NCBI GenBank assembly: GCA_041746255.1
Contig: JBGTHM010000001.1
Location: 1 to 41,471 of the forward strand
Origin: Fibrobacteria bacterium
GTDB lineage: Bacteria; Fibrobacterota; Fibrobacteria; UBA11236
Direction of reading: 5' to 3'
Length of the DNA: 41,471 nucleotides
Both the position numbers and the translations under genes were made by a program. Positions 1-9,984 of this stretch are shown piece after piece. The notes beneath the pieces are model-generated. The model was given only the letters and a program-made list of their open reading frames with translations. It did not search any database and was not told where the DNA came from. Each line of letters opens with the position of its first letter. The first letter of the stretch is position 1.

Positions 1-1
1 C

Positions 2-1435
2 GTGCATTTGGAAGTGCGGGAACGCGACTATTTCTTCAGTCCCACCTTCATTTTCTTCAGCGTTCTATTCGCCCTGGCCGGCGCTTTTTTACTGCGGTCT
101 ATTGAATCCATGCCTAGACTCTCCCGGCTCCGTCTTTCCAAAGGGGTCGCCGTAGCGTTGGTATCCGCAGCAATTGCCCTTCCTGCCTTTTCCAACTATA
201 AGGAACAAAACCGTTCGGGCATTTACGTCCCTTACGACTATGCTTACAACCTCTTGCAATCCTGCCGCCCCAACAGCGTATTGTTTACGAACGGCGACAA
301 CGACACCTTTCCTTTGTGGTTTATGCAAGAAGTGGAAAACATCCGTCGCGACGTGCGCGTAGTGAATCTTTCCCTGGTGAATACCGATTGGTATATTCAC
401 CAGTTGCGAGACAACGAACCCAAACTGGTGCTGGGATTTACCCGTGATGAAATAACCGGTATCGGGCCACAACCCTGGCCCTCCCAAGGGAAAATCACAT
501 GGACGGCCCCCGCCGCAGGCATTACCGTCGAATTGGAGCGTCGGTCGTATTTGAAAGTACAGGACATCATGGTCCTGCACATCGTGCAAAATAACTTTCC
601 CCAAAGACCCATTCACTTCGCCATTTCGGTATCGGACGGAAATATGATGGGGTTGGATGAATACGTGCAAATGGAAGGCATGGTATATACCCTGACCACG
701 GAGAAACGCAAAAAGGCGCTGGACCCCGAAAGAACCGCCTATCTTGTCGATTCGGTGTACCAGTTTCGGGGATTGGGAGACGGAACCACATATATCGATT
801 CGAATACCGAGGGACTTCTCTCCAATTATTCCTCAGTGAATTTCCACCTGACCATGTGGGTGCAGGATAGCTTGGCGCGTATTGACGCAAACTTGAGGAA
901 CCTTCGCAATGCGGCTAGCAACGATTCCGAGGAAACCGCATCGCAGAAATTGCGGGAATTGGAGACCGAACGCGAGGCTTTGGTGGAAATGGGGACGAAA
1001 TACCTGTCACTCAACGAGCGGATATTGCCTAACGAGTGGAGGACCTATTATTACTCCGGGCAATTTTATGCGCAATTGGGCCGATTCGATGCAGCCGAGG
1101 AGCAATTCGCCAAGGGAATGGAGCGCGGCCCCGAGCCCAGGATGTTCGAAGCACAGCGGATCCGGATGCTCCTGGAAAAGGGGGATAGCGGCAGAGCCGA
1201 GTCCCTGATGGCATCCGCGTTGGAAAGGAACCCGGATGATTTCGAAATGGCGTATGGATTGAGTGAAATCTATCTCAACAGCAACAAACCGGCCGAAGCC
1301 CGGAATATTCTGGGACGTTGGCTTGAACGGAACCCTCAGCATCAATATGCGGGAGCTATCGGCCAACAAATCCGAATGCTGGACCAAAGGATGCGCGCAC
1401 CCGACCCGGCCCCGGATACGGGCGTAATACCGTGA
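2..1435 (+). CDS. DUF2723 / TMEM260-like membrane glycosyltransferase (putative protein O-glycosyltransferase) with C-terminal TPRs; 5'-truncated by the window edge
   Basis: Family motifs RERDYFF, VLFTNGDNDTFPLW and RxDVRVVNLSL..TDWY. Two TM helices at the start, TPR-like helices at the end. The frame is open at the window start. Confidence 0.85.
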   Translation: MHLEVRERDYFFSPTFIFFSVLFALAGAFLLRSIESMPRLSRLRLSKGVAVALVSAAIALPAFSNYKEQNRSGIYVPYDYAYNLLQSCRPNSVLFTNGDNDTFPLWFMQEVENIRRDVRVVNLSLVNTDWYIHQLRDNEPKLVLGFTRDEITGIGPQPWPSQGKITWTAPAAGITVELERRSYLKVQDIMVLHIVQNNFPQRPIHFAISVSDGNMMGLDEYVQMEGMVYTLTTEKRKKALDPERTAYLVDSVYQFRGLGDGTTYIDSNTEGLLSNYSSVNFHLTMWVQDSLARIDANLRNLRNAASNDSEETASQKLRELETEREALVEMGTKYLSLNERILPNEWRTYYYSGQFYAQLGRFDAAEEQFAKGMERGPEPRMFEAQRIRMLLEKGDSGRAESLMASALERNPDDFEMAYGLSEIYLNSNKPAEARNILGRWLERNPQHQYAGAIGQQIRMLDQRMRAPDPAPDTGVIP

Positions 1436-1475
1436 AACAAATCTTGGATGACTCTTTCATAGAGGCGGAGTGCTG

Positions 1476-2252
1476 ATGGAATACCTCCTTTCCATGTTGA
1501 TTGGGTTACTGCAAGGATTGACGGAATTCCTTCCCGTTTCTTCCTCAGGCCATTTGGTTCTCTCTCAGCATTTACTCGGCATCAAACAGGAAAGCCTGTT
1601 TTTGGAAGTAGTGCTGCATCTTGGAACGGCCTTCGCCATCGTATTCGTATATCGGGAAGATATTTTTCATTTGGTCAAATCGGGATTTTCATCCGAACCC
1701 GAAAAAAAATGGGCGAGCTGGCACCTGCTCAAATTATTGATTGTCGGTTCGATTCCCGCGGGAATCGTCGGGGTCTTTTTCAAGGATTTTTTCGAAGAGG
1801 TTTTCATGGAGCCGAGAATATCGGGCTTTATGCTTATGGTAACCGCAGGGATACTATTCCTCTCCAGGCGCCATGTCGAAAGAGGAAACATACTCACCTA
1901 TGGCAGCGCCTTGATAATCGGCTTGGCGCAGGCATTCGCCATTTTCCCCGGCATCTCCCGCAGCGGCTCCACCATAGTCGCAGCGTTGATGCTCGGATTA
2001 GCGCGCAAAGAAGCGGGCCGGTTCTCCTTTTACCTGGCCTTACCGGCTATTTTCGGAGCCGCCTTACTGCAAGTAAAGGATATTTCCGAGGTCGTTCTCC
2101 CCTTGGGCGCCATAGTTTCGGGGTTTCTCGTGAGTTTCGTCTCCGGAGTAATCGCTCTTAAGATTCTTCTCCGCTTCGTGGAAAAAGGCAAGCTTCACTA
2201 CTTTGCCTATTATTGTTTGCCCGTAGGCCTTTTGGCGGTGCTGTTCTTTTGA
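1476..2252 (+). CDS. uppP: Undecaprenyl-diphosphate phosphatase (BacA family)
   Basis: Signatures GLTEFLPVSSSGHL and PGISRSG; polytopic hydrophobic protein. The ATG at 1476 follows GGAG (1467-1470); the ORF track starts at GTG 1470. Confidence 0.96.
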   Translation: MEYLLSMLIGLLQGLTEFLPVSSSGHLVLSQHLLGIKQESLFLEVVLHLGTAFAIVFVYREDIFHLVKSGFSSEPEKKWASWHLLKLLIVGSIPAGIVGVFFKDFFEEVFMEPRISGFMLMVTAGILFLSRRHVERGNILTYGSALIIGLAQAFAIFPGISRSGSTIVAALMLGLARKEAGRFSFYLALPAIFGAALLQVKDISEVVLPLGAIVSGFLVSFVSGVIALKILLRFVEKGKLHYFAYYCLPVGLLAVLFF

Positions 2253-2351
2253 ATCCAGTACTTTAACCACAATATATGGGATTCAGATTTGATTCCACGA
2301 GAAACAGGACCGGGAAATCGACGCGAATTTTCCCATTTTCAATAACCATGC

Positions 2352-2382
2352 AAAAGCCTCTTCCCGTTGGGGAAGAGGTTTG
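2352..2382 (-). terminator. Intrinsic terminator between the convergent uppP and lipoprotein genes
   Basis: Stem CCTCTTCCC (2357-2365) / GGGAAGAGG (2370-2378) with a 4-nt loop. It is followed by TTTT on the minus strand and TTT on the plus strand, so it may be bidirectional. Confidence 0.7.
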
Positions 2383-2432
2383 AAATTTTAATTGCTTCAG
2401 AACACATCTTGAAAGAGCGCTAGGAAACCCGA

Positions 2433-3632
2433 TTATTTTTTGACAGAATTCGCTTTGGTCCAACCTTGGTACCAAAGATCGTTACCAACGATGGCGCCCG
2501 CATTAGCGGTCTTAACCGCTTCCGCTTTAGGCGACAAGTCGTCATTCAAAGCATCAGCGGCTTGTGTCAGCATCGGAGTGAGCAAGGCCACCACCGCAGC
2601 ATCGGCAGCCACTACCATTTCCGTGAACGTACCGTCATAGAAGGTATTTGTGAATTTAGTTTTTCCCGAGGTGACCTGCTCCAGCGCCACGGCTCCTTCC
2701 ACCTTCACCAATTCAGGCGTATTGTTACCGATGATAACCGTCTTGTCGAGGTTCAACATTACGTTGTTCTTGATATGGATAGCCTGGTTTTTTTCGTTGG
2801 CCACGATGGTCATATTGCTCCAAGTAGCCTCTGTGATACGGTTCGGGTCGAGGGCAACGCTGCCCGCTTCGATGGCGCGGTCGCTGTCTACACCTTGGAT
2901 AGCTATCATATACTGGCCTTCCCCTTGGTAGCCCTCGTCGATATCGAAGCCGTCGTCCTCCCCTCCTGTGGAGACCAAGTATTTGGAATTCACGCTGCCG
3001 CCAAACCATTCGAAGTTGTCGTCGGATCCATCGTGCACTTGCACGTATTCAACCGTCGTTCCTCTGCCAACGCCGCCCAAGGTCAAGCCATTCAGCTCTT
3101 TGTCGGTGGCAACCTCCCACCCGCCGTATTCAATACGCACGTATTTGAGTATTCCACTGTTGTCCTCTTCGTCGGTACCGCCGAATTTCTGGTCGCCGGC
3201 CTCGAATTTTTGCGTCTTATCCGGAGTAGAAACCGGCGCTTTACCGAAGATTACCACGCCCGCCCAGTCGCCTGGAGCCGGATTGGCTTTTTTGGAAGTG
3301 AAGACAATGGGCTTGTCTTTGGTGCCTTCGGCCTTAATTTTACCGCCGGGCATGACGATAAGCGCATCCTTGCCTTCGGATTTGATCATCGTTCCCGGCT
3401 CGATGGTGAGCTCCGCACCGTCCTCGACGAAAATTAATCCTTCCAATTCCCAGGTTTTGTCCGCAGTGAGTTTAAACTCCCCTTTGATGTCCTTGCAGAT
3501 GGTGTTTGCATCGCAACCCTCTTGACCGGTTGTCGGTTCCGGCTGTAAGATTTCTTTCTTGTCGTCACCGAAGCATCCGAACAACACCGCCGCAAGCGGA
3601 AGCGGTGCCAATATTTTTAACCAATTTATCAT
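2433..3632 (-). CDS. Surface lipoprotein with probable beta-helix fold, ElpS-like (family usually linked to phosphate starvation and a TBDR)
   Basis: Lipoprotein signal MINWLKILAPLPLAAVLFG-C; the ATG at 3632 has a GGAG RBS. Motifs PGDWAGVVIFGKAP, DNSGILKYVRIEYGG, ELNGLTLGGVG, DDNFEWFGG and DDGFDIDEG. Family link recalled, not searched. Confidence 0.75.
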   Translation of the reverse strand: MINWLKILAPLPLAAVLFGCFGDDKKEILQPEPTTGQEGCDANTICKDIKGEFKLTADKTWELEGLIFVEDGAELTIEPGTMIKSEGKDALIVMPGGKIKAEGTKDKPIVFTSKKANPAPGDWAGVVIFGKAPVSTPDKTQKFEAGDQKFGGTDEEDNSGILKYVRIEYGGWEVATDKELNGLTLGGVGRGTTVEYVQVHDGSDDNFEWFGGSVNSKYLVSTGGEDDGFDIDEGYQGEGQYMIAIQGVDSDRAIEAGSVALDPNRITEATWSNMTIVANEKNQAIHIKNNVMLNLDKTVIIGNNTPELVKVEGAVALEQVTSGKTKFTNTFYDGTFTEMVVAADAAVVALLTPMLTQAADALNDDLSPKAEAVKTANAGAIVGNDLWYQGWTKANSVKK

Positions 3633-3736
3633 GTTCTCTCCTAAATGAATGACTATCTGAAACTCGTTGGATTTTCGGTCATAACCGAGGGACTCCATTT
3701 CGCCCGTTTCTTACGGATAAAAGATTGAATTCGGAT

Positions 3737-3765
3737 GTTGCAAACGCGTTGCAATTTCTTTTCCC
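3737..3765 (-). promoter_or_regulatory. 11-bp-periodic direct-repeat box (degenerate copy) upstream of the lipoprotein gene
   Basis: On +: GTTGCAA at 3737 and 3748, plus a weak third unit TTTTCCC at 3759. Same phase and orientation as the boxes at 8273 and 12513. Confidence 0.5.
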
Positions 3766-3770
3766 TATTG

Positions 3771-6700
3771 CTAAAACGACAGGGTGTAACCCGCTGAATA
3801 ACCGACCCCTTCCTGTCTTTCGTCTATCACGAAACGGTGGGGCATGGTAGAGTAATAGGCGTCCCTTTGCGAATCACTGATGGAGACATACTTGCGTGCG
3901 TGATTGTCGGGGTAAACGGCCAAAATTTTCCGGGAATTCAGCAAATTTCTGATTTTAAAGTCAAATTGATGGCGTCCCCAGGTATACTTTCCGAGAAAAT
4001 CCAAGCTATGGTAGGGCTCCTCATAGGTGTCGGGAATCCCGTCGGCGCCCAAATCGTGGATGCGCTCGCCGGCCACGTTATACAACAACCCGTTAAGTGT
4101 CGACCATCGTCCCCAATCCCTCTCATGAGTCAGCTTTATATTGTAAAGATAAGGGGACTGCCCGACCATCGCGCGGTTGGTTGAGGACAAAATTACAGTG
4201 CCCTCCTGCGTGGTATCTATACTTACTTCCGACTTAATCCATGCGGCATTGGCGTATAAACCCCACCCTTTAGTCAAGGCATTGGCGAATGAAGCCCGTT
4301 CTAACATTTCGCCTATTTTCATGTCCACCTCCAATTCCAATCCGTAAACGGATGCGCTATAGGCATTTTGAAATCGCCGGATATTGGGATTCGGAACGGC
4401 ATCGAGTACCCTTTCGATGGGTTTTTCGAAATCCTTGTAAAAAACCGAGGCCGAAAAGACCTGGTTATACGGAAGGAACCAATCGAAACGCAAGTCATAA
4501 TTATCGATACGGGTATCCACCAATTCTGGATTGCCCGTTACATCCACTTCGTCCTCGGTATCGAAGAAATTAACGGGCGCCCGTTCGCGAAATTCAGGAC
4601 GAACCCGCGTGCGCGAATACAAAACCCGCGTCTTGGTTTGGGGTATGAATTCGAAATCGATTCCCGCCTCGGGATAGAATAAATGATCGCGCCGTTCAAA
4701 TTCGATAGCCCGTGTATCACGCAGCCGGGGGTCTAGAATTGCCGCATCTCCGGTAAAAGGCGCCTTGAAATTCAATAAGTAATATTCGTAACGTCCTCCA
4801 ATTTTCCATCCTATCGGAATCCCCGATAAACGAAATCCCTGTTGCAAGGTCAAATAAGCGGCGAAGCTACCTTCCTGGGCTTCGTAAGAATCAAAATCCT
4901 TCGCGGTTGTCTGGAAACCACGGCCGTTTTGCTCCACATAATTCGCGACATATTCGGGATCGTGGATTCTTTCCACCAGTCCGTAGTCCGACAGGGAATC
5001 GCGGACACGGGGGAGTCCATTCCAATCGTAACGGACGATATCGAATTCCCTCGACTTAACATGGGCCATGGCTCCCCATTTTCCCTTAGGAATTTGGATG
5101 TCCGACAATAGGCGCGCACCTTCACGAAAGACGGATTTTTCCGAGACCGAAGGAGGGACGACCAAATCGAAATCGAAACGCCCTGCCGCCCCCTGATCCT
5201 GTAACTCCTCCCATTGGCGCGTGCCCCAAGGCTGCTTAATGTCATAGGTGATGACCGATGTCGAATCATTTTCTCGAATGTAGGCGTACTTCTTACTGTC
5301 AGGTATTTCGCCGGTAGTGCTAGCCAGCCCCGCGGCCCAGTCAAGAGAATCGAGGACTGACAAGCCCAGGTAATGCCCACCGCCTATTTGTCCCACCAGA
5401 ATGCTGCGCCGCTCGTATTCCAATACGAAGCGCTCCTCCAACACGTTCTCCTGTCCCGCGCTGACTCCCGGCACGGCTAGGCTATAATTGTAGAATGCCT
5501 TGTCTTCCGAGAGATTCGCATAGAGGGACTTGAACCATAATTTGTTGTTAACATCCTGGTATCCCCAGTTGAGGAGACCCGATAATGTGGTGCCGTATGT
5601 GCCTTCGATACGGGATTGTTCCAGGCCTTTCACGATATGTTGCAACGGTATCGAGTCGTTTTCGGAACGTTTGTCGTATATCGATAGGCGTCTCATGAGC
5701 GTATCGCCGTTTACCACCCAAGGCGTTTCTCCGGTTTGGGGATTGGCCAGCGGAACACGCGTCTGGAGATTGACCGATTCCACGCTGATACGATTACGGT
5801 CTTCTTGATCGTAATCGTTCTTGAAGGCCAGGTTAAAAAGCAGCCCCGTCTTGGCCTCGTCGCCAAGGGAGTAAACGCGCCCCATGGAAAGCGAATAACT
5901 TTGGTCGGGGAAAATCGAGGCCGTATCAACGGCCAAACGATTATGGAATAATCGCGCAAATTCCGCACGCTCCCCTCTCTCGAAGCTGGAAGAGGTAATA
6001 GACAGAGGAACATCGGGTCGGGCGCGGAATCCATCATCGTATCCGAAATATTCCGGAACCGCGGCCCCGCCGGGATAGGTCAGGCGCTCACCGCCGAAAT
6101 TCAGGAATCGTCCATCCCCCCAATCGTCTTCGGCGCCGAGGGAACCGGAAACTCGGAAGAAGTTTTTGTCGGGTATGCCTTTAGTCTCCAAATCGAGCGA
6201 ACCTCCCGCAAAATCCGCGGGCCGGTCGGCGCTATAGGTTTTATAAATGGCGAAAGTTTCCAATGCCGATGCCGGAAATAAATCCTGGGGCACGACGCGC
6301 TTGTCCTTCTCCGGCGAAGGAACCGGAAGTCCGTTCAGGGTCATATTGGTGTAGCGTTCTCCCAAACCCCTTACGAAAACATATTTGCCGCCGACGACCG
6401 AAGTGCCGGTGATTCGTTTGGCGATGGCCCCCGCATCGCTATCCGTCGATTTGGATATCTGTTCCGCGCCGACGCCTTCCATCACCCCCGAAGCCTGTTG
6501 CCGCCTTTGCAGCATGGCCAATTCGCTACCGGCCTGGGGAGGGGCTTTGACTTCGATGAGTTGGCCTTTTAATATCCTCGGCTCCAAACCGACTTCCCAA
6601 GTAGCCGGAACTCCCTCTTCAATGGTGTAACTCCTTTGATACGGTGCGAATCCGGATTTGTAGGCTTTCAATTCATATACGCCGGGCGCGACATTACCGA

Positions 6701-7079
6701 ATTGGAATAAACCGTATCCATCGGAGGCAACGGAATATTCCCGCCCTTCGCCTTCCAGCACCATGCGGACATTTTCGACAGGCTCCCCTTCGGTTGCGTG
6801 CAACACCAGCCCCGCCGGGCGGCCAGGATTACCTTGGACCTTCCTGGCCCTATCTTCCGAAGGCTTTTCCAAATCGGATGCAGGCGCGGATAAGGAATCA
6901 CCGGAGGTTTTCGAGGTATCGGCAACCGAATCCGCTGGTGTAGCGATAATTTCTTCGAGCGACTGCGGGGGTATCGGCTCAGACCACGGAGCGATATCGC
7001 CGGTAGGTTGCGCCAACAAAGGCAGGGCAAACAACGCCAACAATAAACAATGGATTTTAAAGGCTGGAATAGGCATCAT
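3771..7079 (-). CDS. TonB-dependent outer-membrane receptor with N-terminal carboxypeptidase-regulatory-like domain
   Basis: Signal peptide, SDGYGLFQFGNVAPGVYEL domain, plug motif SDAGAIAKRITGTSVVGGKYVFVRGLGERY..LNG, GNPEL motif, and C-terminal beta-strand ending in Phe (GYTLSF). Confidence 0.93.
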   Translation of the reverse strand: MMPIPAFKIHCLLLALFALPLLAQPTGDIAPWSEPIPPQSLEEIIATPADSVADTSKTSGDSLSAPASDLEKPSEDRARKVQGNPGRPAGLVLHATEGEPVENVRMVLEGEGREYSVASDGYGLFQFGNVAPGVYELKAYKSGFAPYQRSYTIEEGVPATWEVGLEPRILKGQLIEVKAPPQAGSELAMLQRRQQASGVMEGVGAEQISKSTDSDAGAIAKRITGTSVVGGKYVFVRGLGERYTNMTLNGLPVPSPEKDKRVVPQDLFPASALETFAIYKTYSADRPADFAGGSLDLETKGIPDKNFFRVSGSLGAEDDWGDGRFLNFGGERLTYPGGAAVPEYFGYDDGFRARPDVPLSITSSSFERGERAEFARLFHNRLAVDTASIFPDQSYSLSMGRVYSLGDEAKTGLLFNLAFKNDYDQEDRNRISVESVNLQTRVPLANPQTGETPWVVNGDTLMRRLSIYDKRSENDSIPLQHIVKGLEQSRIEGTYGTTLSGLLNWGYQDVNNKLWFKSLYANLSEDKAFYNYSLAVPGVSAGQENVLEERFVLEYERRSILVGQIGGGHYLGLSVLDSLDWAAGLASTTGEIPDSKKYAYIRENDSTSVITYDIKQPWGTRQWEELQDQGAAGRFDFDLVVPPSVSEKSVFREGARLLSDIQIPKGKWGAMAHVKSREFDIVRYDWNGLPRVRDSLSDYGLVERIHDPEYVANYVEQNGRGFQTTAKDFDSYEAQEGSFAAYLTLQQGFRLSGIPIGWKIGGRYEYYLLNFKAPFTGDAAILDPRLRDTRAIEFERRDHLFYPEAGIDFEFIPQTKTRVLYSRTRVRPEFRERAPVNFFDTEDEVDVTGNPELVDTRIDNYDLRFDWFLPYNQVFSASVFYKDFEKPIERVLDAVPNPNIRRFQNAYSASVYGLELEVDMKIGEMLERASFANALTKGWGLYANAAWIKSEVSIDTTQEGTVILSSTNRAMVGQSPYLYNIKLTHERDWGRWSTLNGLLYNVAGERIHDLGADGIPDTYEEPYHSLDFLGKYTWGRHQFDFKIRNLLNSRKILAVYPDNHARKYVSISDSQRDAYYSTMPHRFVIDERQEGVGYSAGYTLSF

Positions 7080-7171
7080 CCACGCATCGAATAATCGAAT
7101 GTCCTGTTTTATGGGTTTCCGGTTTCCGACTTGGGAATGCGAAAACCGATGGGTACTTGGTTTTTAGGAAA

Positions 7172-8239
7172 CTAGGTGTTGACCTGGTCCAAGGCGTCCA
7201 TCACCTCGGGATCTTTGGGAAAAAGGTTGAGCGCGCTGCTCAAAACTTTTCGTGCCTTGGTGAATTGACCTTGATCTCCCAGCTTCCTTCCGACGGCAAC
7301 TAAACCCAGCTTGGCTCTTTCGTCGCCGCCCTTGGCAGCCGCTTCGTAATGGGCAATCGCTTCGTCCATTTCTCCTGCGCTCATATAAAGTCTCGCCATT
7401 TCCACCAGCATCGCATCAGGATGATTTAAAGCAGACGTCGATTTTTTGGAGTTCAAGGCTTCGATGGCCATGTAAAAATGACCTTCATCCTCATAGAGTC
7501 GGCTCAATTTAAGCCTGGCAGCTTGATTATCCGGGTCCAAGCGCAAGCCCGACTGAATGGCTTCGATGGATTTAGACGGATTCCCGGTTGCCTTATATAA
7601 ATCCGCCAGGTAAAAATGCAGACTGGATTGGGTTGGATTCATTTCGACGGCTTTGCTCAATATTCTCTGCGCCGCCTCGAAATCCTGCAATTTCAAGTAG
7701 ACTTCGGTTTGCGCGAAATACCATGCATTCATTTCCGGCTCTACGGCCTGGCCTTTTTCGAAAAAGTAAAGCGCATCACCATAGTTCGCGAGTTTCAAAT
7801 GGCACTCTCCCGCCATTTGTAAAGCCTTTGCGTGCTTCGGTTCCAGCTTAAGCACCGAGCTAAAGTATGCGAGCGCTAATCCGATTTCGCCCATTTGAAA
7901 ATAGACGGAACCCGCGTTGATATAGGCATTCGCGAAGTTCGGCGACGCCTCGATTGCCTTATCAAAATAAAGCAGGGCGCGTCCGGTTTGTTCCAGTTGC
8001 ACCAAAGCGTTTCCCATGTTGAAATAAGCCATGGGCTTGCTCTCGCCTGCCTGAATCGCCTGATCGTATTGGGCTAGGGCGCCTCGGAAATTTTTTTCGT
8101 TAAAGGCTTTATTGCCTTTTTCCAGATAGGATGCCGAAGCCAGGGCGGCCAGGGCGGCGGTAAAAAGCACCGTTGCGCGGATAGATTTTTTGAATTCCAG
8201 AGGTAACGACCCGGTAGAGACGGATTTGCTAATCATCAT
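7172..8239 (-). CDS. Exported TPR-repeat protein (TtpD-like position in the TonB cluster)
   Basis: Signal-peptide-like hydrophobic stretch (VLFTAALAALASA), then many TPRs (AYFNMGNAL, AYINAGSVY, ALQMAGECH). Start placed at ATG 8239 because the track's GTG 8272 abuts the regulatory box. Confidence 0.85.
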   Translation of the reverse strand: MMISKSVSTGSLPLEFKKSIRATVLFTAALAALASASYLEKGNKAFNEKNFRGALAQYDQAIQAGESKPMAYFNMGNALVQLEQTGRALLYFDKAIEASPNFANAYINAGSVYFQMGEIGLALAYFSSVLKLEPKHAKALQMAGECHLKLANYGDALYFFEKGQAVEPEMNAWYFAQTEVYLKLQDFEAAQRILSKAVEMNPTQSSLHFYLADLYKATGNPSKSIEAIQSGLRLDPDNQAARLKLSRLYEDEGHFYMAIEALNSKKSTSALNHPDAMLVEMARLYMSAGEMDEAIAHYEAAAKGGDERAKLGLVAVGRKLGDQGQFTKARKVLSSALNLFPKDPEVMDALDQVNT

Positions 8240-8272
8240 GTTGTAAGAATAGATTTTCGGAGTGGCCGGCAC

Positions 8273-8301
8273 GTTTCAAACGGATTTCAAAGATGTTTCA
8301 G
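8273..8301 (-). promoter_or_regulatory. Triple 11-bp-periodic direct-repeat box; probable internal promoter for the TPR and TBDR genes
   Basis: On +: GTTTCAA at 8273, ATTTCAA at 8284, GTTTCAG at 8295. A -10-like TATTCT lies downstream on the minus strand (8251-8246). Confidence 0.65.
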
Positions 8302-8312
8302 TCGTCCGGAAC

Positions 8313-8969
8313 TCAGAACTGAAAGGGCTGTTCGATTCTTTGTTCCACCGGCACTCCACCGGCCATGGCGGGCTCATAGCGCCATTTCGAAAGGGCCTCC
8401 CGAACCGCCTCTTCGAATCCGTAATCTCCCGGAGTTTCCAAAAACTCCACGGATTTCACCGATCCATCCAATCCAACCGTCAGCACCACCCTCACCAAAC
8501 CCCGAATTCCGTATTTCCTTGCCTTTTCAGGATAACCCGGTGGCGCCTGAACTAAAGGACGGGCGTCTTGATCCGGTGATCCCGCTGAGCTGCCGCCCAT
8601 GGCCGCAGCGTTGCCGGCCAGGGCCCATACCGCACCCCGCCCCCCGGCACTGCCCAACGCTCCGGCCCAATCCATGCTTTGATTTGCCGCTTGCAAGGGA
8701 TCGGCTTTCGATTGCGGTCGCGCTTGTTGCGGTCTCGGCTCTGGACGGGGAGGAGGTTTGGTGGGAGATTTCAACTCCATAATTTTGACTTCCTCTTTAT
8801 TCTTGCTGAATTTTCCCGGTGAACTGACGAACATCAATTGTTGCAGCCCTAAAAAACCGAAAAGTACGGCGGTAATCGCGAGGCTAAGCCCTATGGCAGT
8901 AAACTGGAAGAGCAGAAAGCCCAACTTGTGCAGCGGCGATCGCGAAACCAATGAGGATACGGGGGACAT
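8313..8969 (-). CDS. tonB: Energy transducer TonB
   Basis: N-terminal TM helix, Pro-rich linker (KPPPRPEPRP), and C-terminal domain with YPEKARKYGIRGLV..V..DG and WRYEPA. Confidence 0.92.
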   Translation of the reverse strand: MSPVSSLVSRSPLHKLGFLLFQFTAIGLSLAITAVLFGFLGLQQLMFVSSPGKFSKNKEEVKIMELKSPTKPPPRPEPRPQQARPQSKADPLQAANQSMDWAGALGSAGGRGAVWALAGNAAAMGGSSAGSPDQDARPLVQAPPGYPEKARKYGIRGLVRVVLTVGLDGSVKSVEFLETPGDYGFEEAVREALSKWRYEPAMAGGVPVEQRIEQPFQF

Positions 8970-8972
8970 TAT

Positions 8973-9383
8973 TTACCGGTCGGCCTTGGCCGCCCCTACC
9001 GATACGTTTTTAATGCCCGCCAGGTTGGCTTCATCCATAACGTCCACCACCACGCCCATATCGGCGCCCCTGTCGGCGAGAATGATGAGCGCCTTCTCCG
9101 GATTCTTGGCCATTTCCTGCCGCAATATGTTCTGAAGCATGGCCAAATCCACCTGCCTGTCCTGAATACTGAGTATGCCTTCCTGGCTGACACCGACCGT
9201 AAGCGAACCCTTGTCGAGTTGAGAGGCCGTGGCCGCCTGCGGTTTGGTGATTTCCAAACCGGTTTGTTTCGTGAAAGTGGTGCTGAGAATGAAGAATATC
9301 AGCAGTACGAAAATGACGTCAACGAGATTGGTCACCGCGATTTCCACGTCTTTGCGTTGCTTTTTGCGGACCGATGCCAACAT
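8973..9383 (-). CDS. exbD: Biopolymer transport protein ExbD
   Basis: LVDVIFVLLIFFIL with the conserved TM Asp, and ADRGA..GVVVDVMD..AG. Start overlaps the exbB stop (TGATG). Confidence 0.93.
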   Translation of the reverse strand: MLASVRKKQRKDVEIAVTNLVDVIFVLLIFFILSTTFTKQTGLEITKPQAATASQLDKGSLTVGVSQEGILSIQDRQVDLAMLQNILRQEMAKNPEKALIILADRGADMGVVVDVMDEANLAGIKNVSVGAAKADR

Positions 9384-9982
9384 CAGCGCGTCTCCTTGCG
9401 ACCGGCGATAAAGTCCCAGCCATATTGATCGATTAAAGATTCCAATTTATCGGTCTTACCTAATAGGAGGATATGCACGACCATCAAAGGAACCGCCACC
9501 AGTAAACCGGCTTGCGTAATGAGTAGGGCTTCCCGTATACCCATGCTCAGGAGGGTCACATTATCCGTGCCGAACAAAGCCATAAGCTTGAAGGTGTTGA
9601 TGATGCCTCCCACCGTGCCGAAAAGCCCGAGCAGCGGGGCTATGGTGATTATCACGGAAAGCGTGGGGAAACCCTTCTCCAATTCGGGAATCCAGCGCTT
9701 ACGTAGTTCGTCGAGCTTGGCCTCGGCATGCGCGAGCGGCGACTGACGGTACTTATTCATGCGAACCGCTACTCCGTCGATGCGTCCGTCTTTTTCGCGC
9801 TTACGGGAAAAAATTTCCGAAAAAAATTTTCGCCAGGTGCGATCCGGAACCATTTTTTTTTCGAATTCGCGCAAGCGCCAGACGATTTGGAACACCAGCA
9901 TCCACCCGAACAGGGAGCAGAGGGTAAGCGGAATCATTACCCATCCGCCCGCCTTATAAGCATAGAGGTAATAGTCTCCCAC
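9383..9982 (-). CDS. exbB: MotA/TolQ/ExbB proton-channel protein (short)
   Basis: GGWVMIPL, APLLGLFGTVGGII and GIREALLITQAGL motifs. Confidence 0.92.
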   Translation of the reverse strand: MGDYYLYAYKAGGWVMIPLTLCSLFGWMLVFQIVWRLREFEKKMVPDRTWRKFFSEIFSRKREKDGRIDGVAVRMNKYRQSPLAHAEAKLDELRKRWIPELEKGFPTLSVIITIAPLLGLFGTVGGIINTFKLMALFGTDNVTLLSMGIREALLITQAGLLVAVPLMVVHILLLGKTDKLESLIDQYGWDFIAGRKETR

Positions 9983-9984
9983 CC

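Noticed and set aside
7080..7171. GGTTTCC direct repeat before the TBDR as a fourth operator
   Set aside because: The spacing is 7 bp rather than 11 bp, and the unit lacks the CAA ending.
8298..8315. Possible TGA readthrough or selenocysteine at the end of tonB (FQF*VPDD*)
   Set aside because: It would add only five residues, there is no SECIS-like hairpin, and other genes here use TGA as an ordinary stop. The second TGA is part of the operator repeat.
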